A stretch of 64,000 bases of DNA. It comes from Octopus sinensis (Eukaryota). The DNA is taken from contig NC_043005.1 in NCBI RefSeq assembly GCF_006345805.1, positions 25,668,001 through 25,732,000 of the forward strand, read 5' to 3'. The translations under genes and the position numbers were made by a program. Positions 1 through 12,054 of the stretch are shown piece after piece. The notes beneath the pieces were generated by a model, which saw nothing but the letters and a program-made list of their open reading frames with translations, searched no databases and was not told where the DNA came from. Within the stretch, counting starts at the first letter, position 1, and each line of letters begins with the position of its first letter.

Positions 1-1810
1 AAAAAAAGGAGAGAAAAAAAGGAACAGAAAAGAATTATTAGTGTATTATACCCTATAAATACTTAAGTAGGAACATATTAGGATAATTCTAAAAGAGGAA
101 GGGGTCAATACAGCTTGCAGGATGAGGGTTTGGGCATTAATAAACAACCAAATGTGTATACTAGAGTAATGAAAGTAGTTAAGGTAATAATCTGTATCAA
201 CATAAAGGATACAATTTCATTTTAGTTAAACAGTGAAATTTAGGGAGGCTGCTTATTTGGTCTTTATGACTTAACGAGTCGAATGTCTAGAGATGGAAAA
301 GCAGAACTGATTTCCCCATCAAATAAGAAGAAAATCGATAACCATCGACCCAAATGATGTTATTATTCGTTATTTTTACATAATAACTGAGATTAAAGCT
401 AGCCACTCAAAAACATAACGGTTTCGTAGATAGGTCAGATCAATATTATAATAATTTGAAATTACTGAGAGCATTTAAAAAATGCTAAAAGAATTGATAG
501 GATTATAACGAATTATCAAGATTTACGAAGGCTATAACTATGGAGGATAACGCAAACATTATAAAGAACTCACCCGAGTTTAGAAGCAAACTGAATAAAT
601 TATGAAATATATAAAATTATAAGCATTAATAGATACCGTTAGAACTTAGGATACACAAAAGTAGCTTAAATATGATCACGTATTAGTATTAACAGTATTA
701 AGATAGGCTAGGCTACCTAAATATAATTCAAAACATCGTACAAACAAATAAAATCTACACTGTAGGATTATAGATACGTATTGTATCGGCTTAAATTTTA
801 AGAAACTTCTATGGATAGAACGCAGGCATTTCATCCTTTATCCTTCTGATCTATTTATATCATCATCCATGTTTCTTAAGATATCCAACAAGTTCAAACA
901 GCAGGGATTACAACCATATTTATCACTAACAGGAAGTTTAAATTATCTAGCGATGTTCCAAGTTAAATGGAAATGAATTTTTTTGTCTTTTAACTTCCAA
1001 ACGTACTCAGTGAGCAATGTTGCTTTCTCTTTTTCTCTCCTTCTAAATGCATGAAGATTTAAAATTAAAAGAAGTGGATCTTGAGAGCATGTCGATTTGT
1101 TTTAATATTACAATTGTATACAGTGTTTTTGGTCATCTATTTTGTGAATTTATGATTCTGTGTGGTCACCAGATAGTGCATTCCTGTCTGTGTACATATC
1201 AATACCCTATATTTTTCCAAGAAATCCATGCGTAAACACGCATGTGCGCCTACACATTAACTATCTGTTTTAGTCATGATTCGCAGGTGCGGACGACATG
1301 GTACTTGTACCATGTTTTTGCTAATTGCTTTAGGTGCCTAAGCAACTGTAAGGTGACACACACATCCTTTCAGCCTTTCCAAACTTCACCCATCGAAAGA
1401 AATAGGATGTTGCAGTTGAATGGACAGGGGGCTGTACCAGAATTTAGGTGGTATTCATTTTCAACTAAGTCAAATTTAACAATGTAGAATATTATACTTT
1501 ACCACAGACGCGAACACACCATCTGATCTAGGATTCGAAACTACTATCATATGATCTTAACCCAACACTCTAGACACGCAGACACATAAACACAAGCATT
1601 GACATGTGCATACATAAAATGTTTTACGTTTTTATATTAATCTGCAGGACAATAAAAATGGCGGGAATTATTTTGGTGAATTGCACGTTCTATATAAGCC
1701 GACCATATGAAAACTACAGTAAGACAAAATGTTCAAAACATGCAGTTCTTTATTTTCTCAAAAAGAATTTGTACATGGACGTGTCCACACCAATACACAT
1801 TATTAGCGTA

Positions 1811-1897
<87 letters not shown>

Positions 1898-2050
1898 ATA
1901 TCTATCTATCTATCTATCTACCTACCTACCTATCTACCTACCTATTTATTTATCCATCTATCTATCTACCTACCTACCTATCTACCTACCTATCTATCTA
2001 TCTATCTATCTATTTATCTATCTATTTACCTATCTATCTATTTATCTATC
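1811..2050. repeat. (TATC)n / (TACC)n microsatellite
   Basis: Direct reading of the tandem tetranucleotide; it produces the spurious IYLS-repeat ORFs at 1604-2254. Confidence 0.95.
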
Positions 2051-2123
2051 ATTCTACCTGTCTACCTACTCATCATGCATATATATATATATATACACGC
2101 GCGCACACACACATGTATGTATA

Positions 2124-3190
2124 AGCTGATGACGGGGGTTTTGTCCTTGTGTAACCTGTCCTGTATTTGGTTTTCGTTTTCCGTTTTCTTGTTTTTTGTT
2201 TTTTGGCTTTTTCTGTTTCTACGTCTTATTGTGATGTCCTGTACTTCCGTTTAATTATTTATATATGCATGTATATATACATGTAGATGTAGGTACGTAC
2301 ATATATGTTTGTATGTATGCATATATTTTTATTTATCTCCTTATTGTCTGACAGCGCCCCGCATCAGGTTCGTTCCGATTCGTCGTTTCGATCCACTTCT
2401 TGGTCCCCTTTTTGTTATATTAAAATATTATATATAGATTCGAGATATGCGGTACTCTCTCCCTTTGCTTTAACCTCTTCAATCTTTCTCCCTCCCCCTC
2501 CTCTCTCTCTCTCGTCGCCGGCGTGTCCCCCTCCTCCTTCCCTCTTCCTTGCCTATAAAACAAAATTCCTTTACACGTGGTTACCACTATTGAAAAGACT
2601 GCCTCCACGCGCTGCTACTACCTTTCGTCCTTGCCAGCAAAAGGCTTCTTCGTTCGTCCCCTTGTGTGGTTAATTTCCTGTATAGTATTCTTGTTATTTT
2701 CTCGTTTTGTAACTAATTGTACTTTTTGTACATGTATTTTTATTTTTGCAGTTTTATTGTTTGTCTATGCCAGAAAAAAGGCTTTTTCGTTCGTCCTCTT
2801 GTGTTTGTTTTTTGTACATGTATTTTAATTTTGCAGTCTTATTGTTACGTCTTGTTTGTGTTCGTACTCATGTGTGCCCCGCTGCTTGAAATTTTATTTT
2901 AATTCTCTCGCAGGAAGGCCTATTGGATTAGTGTTCTGTTATGCCTTCGAAACATGCCTGACTCCTCTAGCGACAGCTGATGACGGGGGTTTTGTCCTTG
3001 TGTAACCTGTCCTGTATTTGGTTTTCGTTTTCCGTTTTCTGTTTTTTGTTTTTTGGCTTTTTCTGTTTCTACGTCTTATTGTGATGTCCTGTACTTCCGT
3101 TTAATTATTTATATATGCATGTATATATACATGTAGATGTAGGTACGTACATATATGTTTGTATGTATGCATATATTTTTATTTATCTCC
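2124..3190 (+). repeat. Partial tandem repeat: ~217-bp direct repeats (2124-2340, 2975-3190) with 851-bp period; LTR/pLTR-like non-coding element
   Basis: agctgatgacggggg...atttatctcc is repeated almost identically. The intervening part is pyrimidine-rich with a TATAAAA at ~2553. Confidence 0.8.
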
Positions 3191-3644
3191 CTATATATAT
3201 ATATATATATATATATGGATGCGTGTTTGATTTTATATATAGGCGTCTACGTGTATTTATATGACATTTTTAACGTACATCGCACAGTACATACTTTTAT
3301 CGTTAGCAAGACTACGTGCTCATGTGTTTGTACGTGTCGAATCTATACGCACATGCTCACACGCCATACATAAACTTGAATCAAACGATGATATCGATTA
3401 AATAGATAATTTTCAGACTATTCACGTTCTAAGTATCATCTTACGTGAAATCTTTTATTGAATTTCTATGCTAGCTTTTAGACTCTTCGTATCAAAAGGA
3501 CTCTAAAATATTCTTTCATATCTTATACGACAAATGGAACATAGACTTACGTACGATGCATAAATTTCATTGCCCTACATACACAATTCCCGCCCCTTTT
3601 TTTAATTCCCGCATCTCTTTTCACTGAATTTGTCTATTTGACTA

Positions 3645-3918
<274 letters not shown>

Positions 3919-6287
3919 ATGCCAACAACCAACAGAGCTACCATTTGGTCCCTGACAGATGAACAGGGGCGCGAATTACTCGAGCCTGAAAGGATGTGTG
4001 AGACATTTCAACAACATTTTCCCCGATTGTTCGGGACAACTGGTGGGTCAGAACGCAGAGTGGAATTTAGTGCTTACCTACATGGCCTGCCACGACTCTC
4101 AGCAAGAGAGACGGAGTGTTGTGAAAGACCTAGCACAGCCGCGGACGTATGGGATGCGATGGCAAGCTGCGCGTGAGACAAGTCACCAGGCTTGGATGGT
4201 CTGCCTTACGAACTTTATTGTCATATGCCATACTTGTTTGGAGGCGACTTGGCTGCTGTCTGCTGCAACTGGCAGCAAAACGGGAGTATCCTCGTCTTTG
4301 TAAAGCCAGGAGCGGTGTCACTGCTTAAGAAAGATCCAAACAAGGGAACCACATAAATAACTTCAGGCCCATCGGTCTGCTCAACGCAGATTTGAAAACT
4401 TTGGCCGTGTTAGCCGAGAGGTTGGTGCTTGTCATCGAGAAATTAGTCGACAAGGCACAAACGTGCGCCGTGCCGGATAGGAGTATCCATGACACCCTCC
4501 ATCTGATGCGATACATCATAGACAGGGTAGCTGAAGAAACTGGGTGGGGCGCTGATCAATTTGGATCGATCAAAAGCTTTCGATAGGGTAGACCATCACT
4601 ACCTGGAGGCTGTCCTTAGAGCGGCTGGTTTCGGTCAGATCTTCCGCGGTTGGATCGCTGCCTTATACTGCGGCATCCGCTCGGTAGGTCGCGTAAATGG
4701 TCATCTATCCAGACCATTTAACACCATGCGTCACTTCTGTATGTATTGACTCTTGAAGCTGGCGTCGCTGAGGGTGTCCCACGAGAGCTGGGATGCGGGA
4801 GGAGCGTGCGTGCATACATTGACGACGTCACCATCATAGTGTCGAGCCTCAAGCACATCGACCCAGTCGGCGAGACACCAAAGAATACGAAGCGGTAAAG
4901 GGAGCAAAAATTAACCGGGAAAAGTCAATGGGCTTGCGGCTCGGCACTTGGAGAAGCAATCCCATGCCGTCCAACAGCGTCTCCATCGTGGGACGCTGGA
5001 ACTACAGACCGGTTAAATTGCTTGGAGTCTGGTTCGGACCGGACCTCCGAAAGGAGAAGAATTGGGACGAAATATCAGCTAGAATAGCCCCTTTCACCCA
5101 TCAATAGGCCGAGAAGAAGCTATCCCTAAAAGGTCGGGAGGAGGTGGCGAATACGTAGATCGCATCCGTCATCGATTACTGTCTGACTGTCGTGCCTTGT
5201 CCCGTCAGCAAACTGGAACGCATACCCTTCCGCTTCTTGTGGAAGGGAAGCGTTCCGATGGTTAGGTGATCAATTTGTTGTCAATTTGCTGTCAAACAGA
5301 CACCGAGACTAGGCGAATAGCAACGCGAGTCTCGCGTTGCTCTCAAGCAACTCTGCCGTCCAGGACCAAACTTGTGCAACCTCATTACAACAAAGGCATT
5401 CTATAGAGGATTAGTGGAGGGGAGGTGCGACGACGTTTCGGGCAGAATCTGGGCGTTGACGAGGAACACCTGACCCGCCTGTTTAGGACAACTTCGGGCC
5501 GGGACCTATGGACAATCACCAACGATTCCTGGCCAGTGCTATCGAGAAACATTACCTGTTCTACAGGCATGGTTCAAGACACACCGGACTTGCTCGAGAT
5601 GCGGTCAGAGCGACGAAACTGTTCTGCATGCACTCGTGCAGTATCCAACCATTTCGGACCTGTAGACTTATGCCGAACGGCCGCTGTCACGTGTGGGACG
5701 AGTCCGCCTGTCAGCCGAGTCTGTCGTGAGAAGTGCTCCGCCACATTCCCTCAACCGGGAAGGCAAAGCAGTCTTCATCGTAGAGGTGGCAATGGTGAAA
5801 GAATGTCTGTGGTGGACTCGAGCGAAAGGATTAGAGACAAACACTTACCTCTCTGGCCAATCGCTCATCAACGTTTTCAAGTGCCACTTCAAAAGGAAGG
5901 TAAGAATGGAGAGGAATGCTTTGTCTCGTGAAAGTTTCAAAAAATGGTGCGTGCGAGTGACGAAACCACTTTGAGCATGATCCTGTAAATCGTAAAAGAG
6001 AGAGAGAGCACTTTGCTCTCATGTGCTTATTCCATCCCTGCCTGAGGCTACCGTGGTCTTTTCCGTGGGGATTTCTTTCCACGGAGAAACCTAATCTTGC
6101 ATTTTACATTTTAAAATTTCTTCTGTGATACACGATCCTTTTTGATCGGTTTTTTTTTCGATCCCTTTTGATCGGAATTTTACTTTTTTCCTCATTTTCT
6201 CCCTTTTCTTTTCCATTTTTGAAAAGAAAAGCTCTACATTTGTACTTGTCTTCTCTGTGTTCAGCCCTGTATGGCCAATAAAGAAAG

Positions 6288-6289
<2 letters not shown>
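3919..6289 (+). mobile_element. 5'-truncated, frameshifted L1/Tx1-like LINE (ORF2 RT and C-terminal region, 3' UTR)
   Basis: Pieces translate across frames as KSPGLDGLPYELY, NFRPIGLLNADLK, QTCAVPDRSIHDTLHLMR, SKAFDRVDHHYL and YIDD (4815-4826). AATAAA at 6277-6282 just before the end. Confidence 0.85.

Positions 6290-6355
<66 letters not shown>
6290..6355. repeat. (TATC)n microsatellite at the LINE 3' junction
   Basis: Direct reading. Confidence 0.95.
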
Positions 6356-6356
<1 letters not shown>

Positions 6357-6600
6357 ATCCAAATATCATTTTCTGCTCCTTCGTTTTCATTCACACATTT
6401 CGCTTTGTCCTCTTAGTCCAGCGCCCGTGTTTAACTTATTTCATCTTTGAAATGTATGATACATATATACATACATGCATAGAGACTTACATGCATACAT
6501 ACATACATGCATGCATACATAGATACATAGATACATACATACATACATACATACATACATACATACATACATACATACATACATACATACACATGTACAT

Positions 6601-6631
<31 letters not shown>

Positions 6632-6871
6632 ATATTAGGGAGTATAACCCCAAACTTACAGGGAAAAATTCATTTTAGTATTAAATCAAATTTCACAATA
6701 TAAATATATAAAATATAAATTAGAGATAAAACCACTATTATGCAATTCAAACAATGATAGACATAACCAAATCTTACATAAAAATGAAATATATATTTTA
6801 AAACATAACTAAATCGAAAAAGTACAAAAATGAATAAGTAGAATGATATAAAAAACTTATATATTATATAA

Positions 6872-7266
6872 TCTTTATATATAAAAGTGAGGTTGTGTGC
6901 TGTCTGTCTCCTACGATTTAGATTCCTAACTACTCCCACATTTTGCGGTGCAGTTTAACCAAAACCGGGTATCTTATAGTCGTGATTCATATCGAGCCCT
7001 TCTGGGTGTTAGCGCGCGTCTATGATGAGTCTACGATTTAAAGAAAAATTACCATCATTTTTTCCCATTTTTAATGCATTTTTGGCATATATAAGGGAAG
7101 TAACTCTCTAAAAATTTATTATTAAATCTCAGAACGTAAAAAGCTACGGTAATACCCCCCCTTTGTGGTTAGCCATATTGAGATGGCTATTATACTTTAC
7201 ATCTCTAAAAATGCTTATATAGTTATTTACCTTACAAACCCGAGCAACGCCGGGCGATACTGCTAG
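6872..7266 (+). mobile_element. Non-autonomous Helitron, copy 1
   Basis: 5' TC start (a|tctttatatataaaa), subterminal hairpin cccg-agcaacgc-cggg, terminal CTAG, inserted between A and T. These are the established Helitron termini. Confidence 0.8.
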
Positions 7267-7402
7267 TTTATTATATATTGTTTATTCATTCTTGTACTTT
7301 TTGTGATCTAGTTATGTTTTCAAAAACATATTTTATTATTTATTTATGACTTGGTTTATGTCTATTTTTGTTTGAGTTGCATAACAGTGGTTTTTCTCTA
7401 AT

Positions 7403-7723
7403 TCATATATATATATATATACATATATATATAAAACTGAAGTTGTGTGCTGTCTGTCTCCTACGATTTAGATTCCTAACTACTCCCACATTTTGCGGTG
7501 CAATTTAACCAAAAGCAGGTATCTTATAGTCGTGATTCATATCGATCCCTTCTGGGTATTAGCGCGCGTCTACGATGAGTCTACGATTAAAAAAAAAAAT
7601 TACCATAATTGTTTTCCATTTTATGAGCATTTTTTTTTGCTATTATATATAGGGAAGTAACTCTCTAAAAATGCTTATATAGTTATTTCCCTTACAAACC
7701 CGAGCAACGCGGGCGATATGCTA

Positions 7724-7724
<1 letters not shown>
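7403..7724 (+). mobile_element. Non-autonomous Helitron, copy 2 (internally shorter)
   Basis: Highly similar to 6872-7266 and ends acccgagcaacgcgggcgatatgCTAG|t. Confidence 0.75.
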
Positions 7725-7768
<44 letters not shown>

Positions 7769-7833
7769 ATATATCGTATATATATATATGTGTGTGTGTA
7801 CATATATGCTATAAACAATATTTATAGAAAGGA

Positions 7834-8152
7834 GCACTTCGTCAGTTACGACAACTAGGGTCGCAGCTGATACGATCAACAGAACAGCCTGCTCTGAAAT
7901 TAACATGCAAGTGATTGAGCCCTCCACAGACACATGTACCCTTAATGTAGTTCTTAGGGAGATTCAGCGTGACACAGAGTATGTCAAGGCCGGCCCATTG
8001 AAATACAGGTACTACCCATTTTTGTCAGATGAGTAAACTGGAACAACCTGAAATAAGTCTCTTGCTCAAGGACTCAACGCGTCGCCGGAGTTGAAATCAC
8101 AGTCATACGATCGTGTGACGATTGCCCTAACCACTAAGCCATGCGCCTTCAC
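7834..8152 (-). mobile_element. tRNA-derived SINE, family B (tRNA head + CORE-like tccttgagcaag + tail)
   Basis: The minus strand begins gtgaaggcgcatggcttagtggttagg (A box). Body and tail match 54147-54455 and 40150-40335. Confidence 0.75.
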
Positions 8153-8254
8153 TATATATATAATACATACATACACACATATATGTATATATAATATATA
8201 TTATATATATTATATATATATATTATATATATATCATATATAATATATAGATTA

Positions 8255-8470
8255 TATAGAAGGACCTTCTACAGGACTAGAACTGTTTCATTCAAAGAAA
8301 TCATCAGGAAGCTAGTGACAAGAGTTGTTTTGGCATTTATACATTTAGGCAGGTTTAAAGGGGTGGTGGTGGTGGACTTTTTAGGGGTAGGCATGGCACA
8401 AAACTATCATTATTAGGGGAGCGGTCAAAGGAGTCGGTGGTAAAGTAGATAAAAGAATAAATAAAAGAAT
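8255..8470 (-). repeat. Left arm of ~215-bp inverted repeat (partner 11265-11480) carrying a degenerate HHR-like motif
   Basis: Reverse complement matches 11265-11480. The minus strand at 8276-8316 reads actagcttc-CTGATGA-tttc-ttt-gaat-GAAA-cagtt-ctagt. Confidence 0.8.
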
Positions 8471-8902
8471 ATGTTTATATGTTTATATGTATGTTTCCGT
8501 CTGTATATAGGGTAACTGCATGTATTTATATTTATTATTTAAAAAAAAAAAAAATTTATATTTATTACTTGAGTATGCGTTTGTATGCATGTATGTATTT
8601 ATGTATATAAGGAGGCGCGTGAGTGTGTGTATGTGTATGCATTTGTATAAACATATGTATACATTTATGCATGTATGTACTTGTGTGTACATATAGATGC
8701 GCGCGTGTGTGTGTGTATGTGTACGCATATATATATGTGTGTATGTGTATATATGTATGTATGTATATGTGCATGTATATGTATATGTATATATATGTGT
8801 GTATATATATATGTATATAATATATATGTGTGTGTATATATATATGTGTATATATATATATATAGATATATATATAATATATTATATATTATATATATAT
8901 AT

Positions 8903-9223
8903 AAGCAATAATAATTCCTAAATGAGATATAGACAGTAACTGCTCCATAACATAATGGACTAAGCCTCTGAATATGGCTAGGGACAGGGCAGGGTGGGGG
9001 TGTTACTGTTGCATTTAGCTCCAGGCGAACATCAACGTCGCCAGATAGGCTGACACCATCACGGTGTCCTTTATCCTGCAAAGGGAGATAATTCCCCGAT
9101 GAAGCGGAAACCACACACGGACCTAGGTTTCAAGGTGTATTGCCTATCATCAACGTGTGGTAGGCCCCCGCTTCCTCGACGAACAACCCACTCTGCAGGA
9201 TATTTATATATAGATTTTCAAGC
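8903..9223 (-). mobile_element. Retrozyme-like unit, partial permuted copy
   Basis: Inverted copy of the unit at 9224-9578, starting at a different point of the same cyclic sequence. Confidence 0.7.
9111..9160 (-). ncRNA. Type I hammerhead ribozyme (C3U core variant, GUC site)
   Basis: Minus strand: CCACACG-TTGATGA-T-AGG-CAATACA-CCT-T-GAAA-CCTAGG-TC-CGTGTGTGG. Stem I is 6 bp and stem III is the palindrome ACCTAGGT. Confidence 0.75.
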
Positions 9224-9578
9224 GGAGCAGTTACTGTCTATATCTCATTTAGAGAATTATTATTGCTGTCGAACAGATTTTCGAAATCAGCAAATGTATT
9301 TTGCTTGAAAATCTATATATAAATATCCTGCAGAGTGGTTTCGTCGAGGAAGCGGGGGCCTACCACACGTTGATGATAGGCAATACACCTTGAAACTAGG
9401 TCCGTGTGTGGTTTCCGCTTCATCGGGGAATTATCTCCCTTTGCAGGATAAAGGGACACCGTGATGGTGTCAAGCCTATCTGCGACGTTGATGTTCGCCT
9501 GGGGCTAAATGCAACAGTAACACCCCCACCACCCTGCCCTGTCCCTAGCCATATTCAGATGGCTTTAGTCCCTTATGG
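9224..9578 (+). mobile_element. Retrozyme-like ~355-nt monomer
   Basis: Starts ggagcag and ends ttatgg; the other copy reads ...ttatggagcag... continuously. Contains one HHR. Confidence 0.7.
9363..9411 (+). ncRNA. Type I hammerhead ribozyme (C3U variant; one C missing in stem III)
   Basis: ccacacg-ttgatga-tagg-caataca-cctt-gaaa-ctagg-tc-cgtgtgtgg. Confidence 0.7.
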
Positions 9579-10693
9579 TTTTATATATATGTGTGTGTGG
9601 TATATAATATATGTGGATGTGTGTGTATGTGTATATTGTTGTATATGTGTGTATATGATATAATATATATATATGTGTGTGTGTGTACGTGTGCGCTTGT
9701 GTGTTATGTATATGTAGGTATGTAGAGTATGTGTGTATGTATGTATGTTATATACCTATGTTAAATAGGATATATGTGTATGTTTATATGTATGTATCCG
9801 TCTGTATAATGGGTAACTGCACGTATATATATTTATTATTTATTATTTGAGTATGCATGTATATGTATATATGTATATGTCTGTATGCATGTATGTATTT
9901 ATGAATATAAAGAGGCGCGTGTGTGTGTGTATGTGTATGCATATGTATAGACATATGTATACATTTATGCATGTATGTACTTATGTGTACATATAGATGC
10001 GCGTGTGTGTGTGTATGTGTACGCATATATATGTGTGTGTATGTGTATATATGTATGTATGTATATGTGCATGTATATGTATATGTATATATATGTATAT
10101 ATATATATATGCATGTGTATGTATGTGTATACGTATATGTGTATATATATTTATTAGTGTATATGTAGGGACTAGTCTTCTGTGGGTGTATTGAGGTATG
10201 TATGTGTATGCGTGTAGATATGAATATGTAGGTACGTGTACGTATGTGTATATACGTGAATGTATGTAGATGTATGTATGAATATAACACGTGCGTGTGT
10301 GTATGTGTATGAGTGTACGTGTGGATGTGTGTGCGTGAAGTGTGTTTGTGTTCGTATCAGTGAGTAGAAAGATAATGGACTCTTTAGACCATCCTTGGGA
10401 CAACAGCCGGGATGGCTGACCGAGGTCAAGATAAAAATAAGAGATAAACAAAAGTAATGATAAAATTAAAATAAGGGAATAAAAAGTGTTGTGTATGTGT
10501 GTGCATGTATATGCCATGTGTATGTGTGGTATGTATATATATGTGCGAGTGTGCATATATATGTGTATGTGTGTGTGTATATTATATCTATGTATATGCA
10601 TGTGTACATATATATAATATATATATATATATATGTATGGGTTTGTATGTGTAATGTAGGTTGTGTATATATATGTGTATATGGGTGTGTGTG

Positions 10694-10730
<37 letters not shown>

Positions 10731-11102
10731 TATAATATAGTATAATATAATATACATATATATGGATATGTGAGCGTGTGTGTATGGGGGTGTATATCCC
10801 CTCTTATTTATATTTATATTTATATATTTATATATATATGTGTGTAGACATATATAAGTGAGTGTATGTATGAGTATGGGTATGGGCGTGTACGTAGATA
10901 CATGTATATGGTACATATGTACTTGTGTATATAGGTGTATGTGTGTATGTGTACGTATGTGTATGTGTATATATGTATATGTCTATGTATGCATATATGT
11001 GTGTATATGTATGTATGTATATGTACACATATGTGTATATGTGTGTGTATATGGACATGTGTGTGCATATATGTATGTATGTGTGTGTATATATGTATAT
11101 GT

Positions 11103-11136
<34 letters not shown>

Positions 11137-11264
11137 ATGTGTATGTATATATATATATATATTATATATATGAACATGTGGGTGTATATATGTATATATA
11201 TATGTATATGTATAAGTGAGAGTCTCCTTATTTCCCTAAACTCTATTTTTCTATTTATTCTTTT

Positions 11265-11480
11265 ATTCTTTTATTTATTCTTTATCTACTTTACCACCGA
11301 CTCCTTTGACCACTCCCCTAATAATGATAGTTTTGTGCCATGCCTACACCTAAAAAGTCCCCCACCACCACCCATTTAAACCTGCCTAAATGTTAAATGC
11401 CAAAACAACTCTTGTCAACTAGCTTCCTGGTGATTTCTTTTGAATGGCAACAGTTCTAGTCCTGTAGAAGCTCCTTCTAT
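11265..11480 (+). repeat. Right arm of the inverted repeat (partner 8255-8470) with a more decayed HHR-like motif (11418-11460)
   Basis: actagcttc-CTGGTGA-tttc-tttt-gaat-ggcaa-cagttctagt. Confidence 0.8.
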
Positions 11481-11611
11481 AAATAAATTAATTTACTCTG
11501 CTATGTATTGAGTACCTTATTTACTGTGGTTAAACCCCGACTCAACCCGGACCTACATATATATATATATATATAATATATATATATATAAATTATAGAT
11601 ATATATATATA

Positions 11612-11920
11612 TATCACATGATCCACATGACCGACCAGTCCATCAGGTCTAGTTACACATCGCTGGTCACAATGCTTTCGCATTGTTTTAGCCTTCGAAT
11701 GACGCCACCCCGCTTGCTCAGCGAGCAGGCCAACAGAAGAAAGAGTGGAAGAAAGAGTGTTGAAAGAGTACATCAGGGATCACCACCCCCTGCCGGAGCC
11801 TCGTGGAGCTCTTAGGTGTTTTCGCTCAATAAACACTCACAACGCCCGGTCTGGGAATCGAAACCGCGATCCTACGACCGCGAGTCCGTTGCCCTAACCA
11901 CTGGGCCATTGCGCCTCCAC
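11612..11920 (-). mobile_element. tRNA-derived SINE, family C
   Basis: Reverse complement matches 48740-49025: gtggaggcgcaatggcccagtggttaggg (A box) and ggtttcgattccc (B box). Confidence 0.8.
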
Positions 11921-12017
11921 TTTTAACGTAAAGGCAGAGAAATGCCGCTAAGAATTTCGCCCGGCGGGCTAACGTTTCTGCCGCTTGCCGCCTTATATAC
12001 ATTATATCTATATATAT

Positions 12018-12054
<37 letters not shown>

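Noticed and set aside
1-960. Possible very old LINE RT remnant
   Set aside because: Only a faint QGC-like hint near 240-260; not enough to call.
2126-2160. CTGATGA followed by a G-rich stem (also at 2977)
   Set aside because: No downstream GAAA or stem III, so it cannot form a hammerhead.
2905-2960. GAAGGC/GCCTTC-GAAACATG as an HHR
   Set aside because: The upstream core reads CTCGCAG and the cleavage U is absent; kept only as a hint in the tandem-repeat finding.
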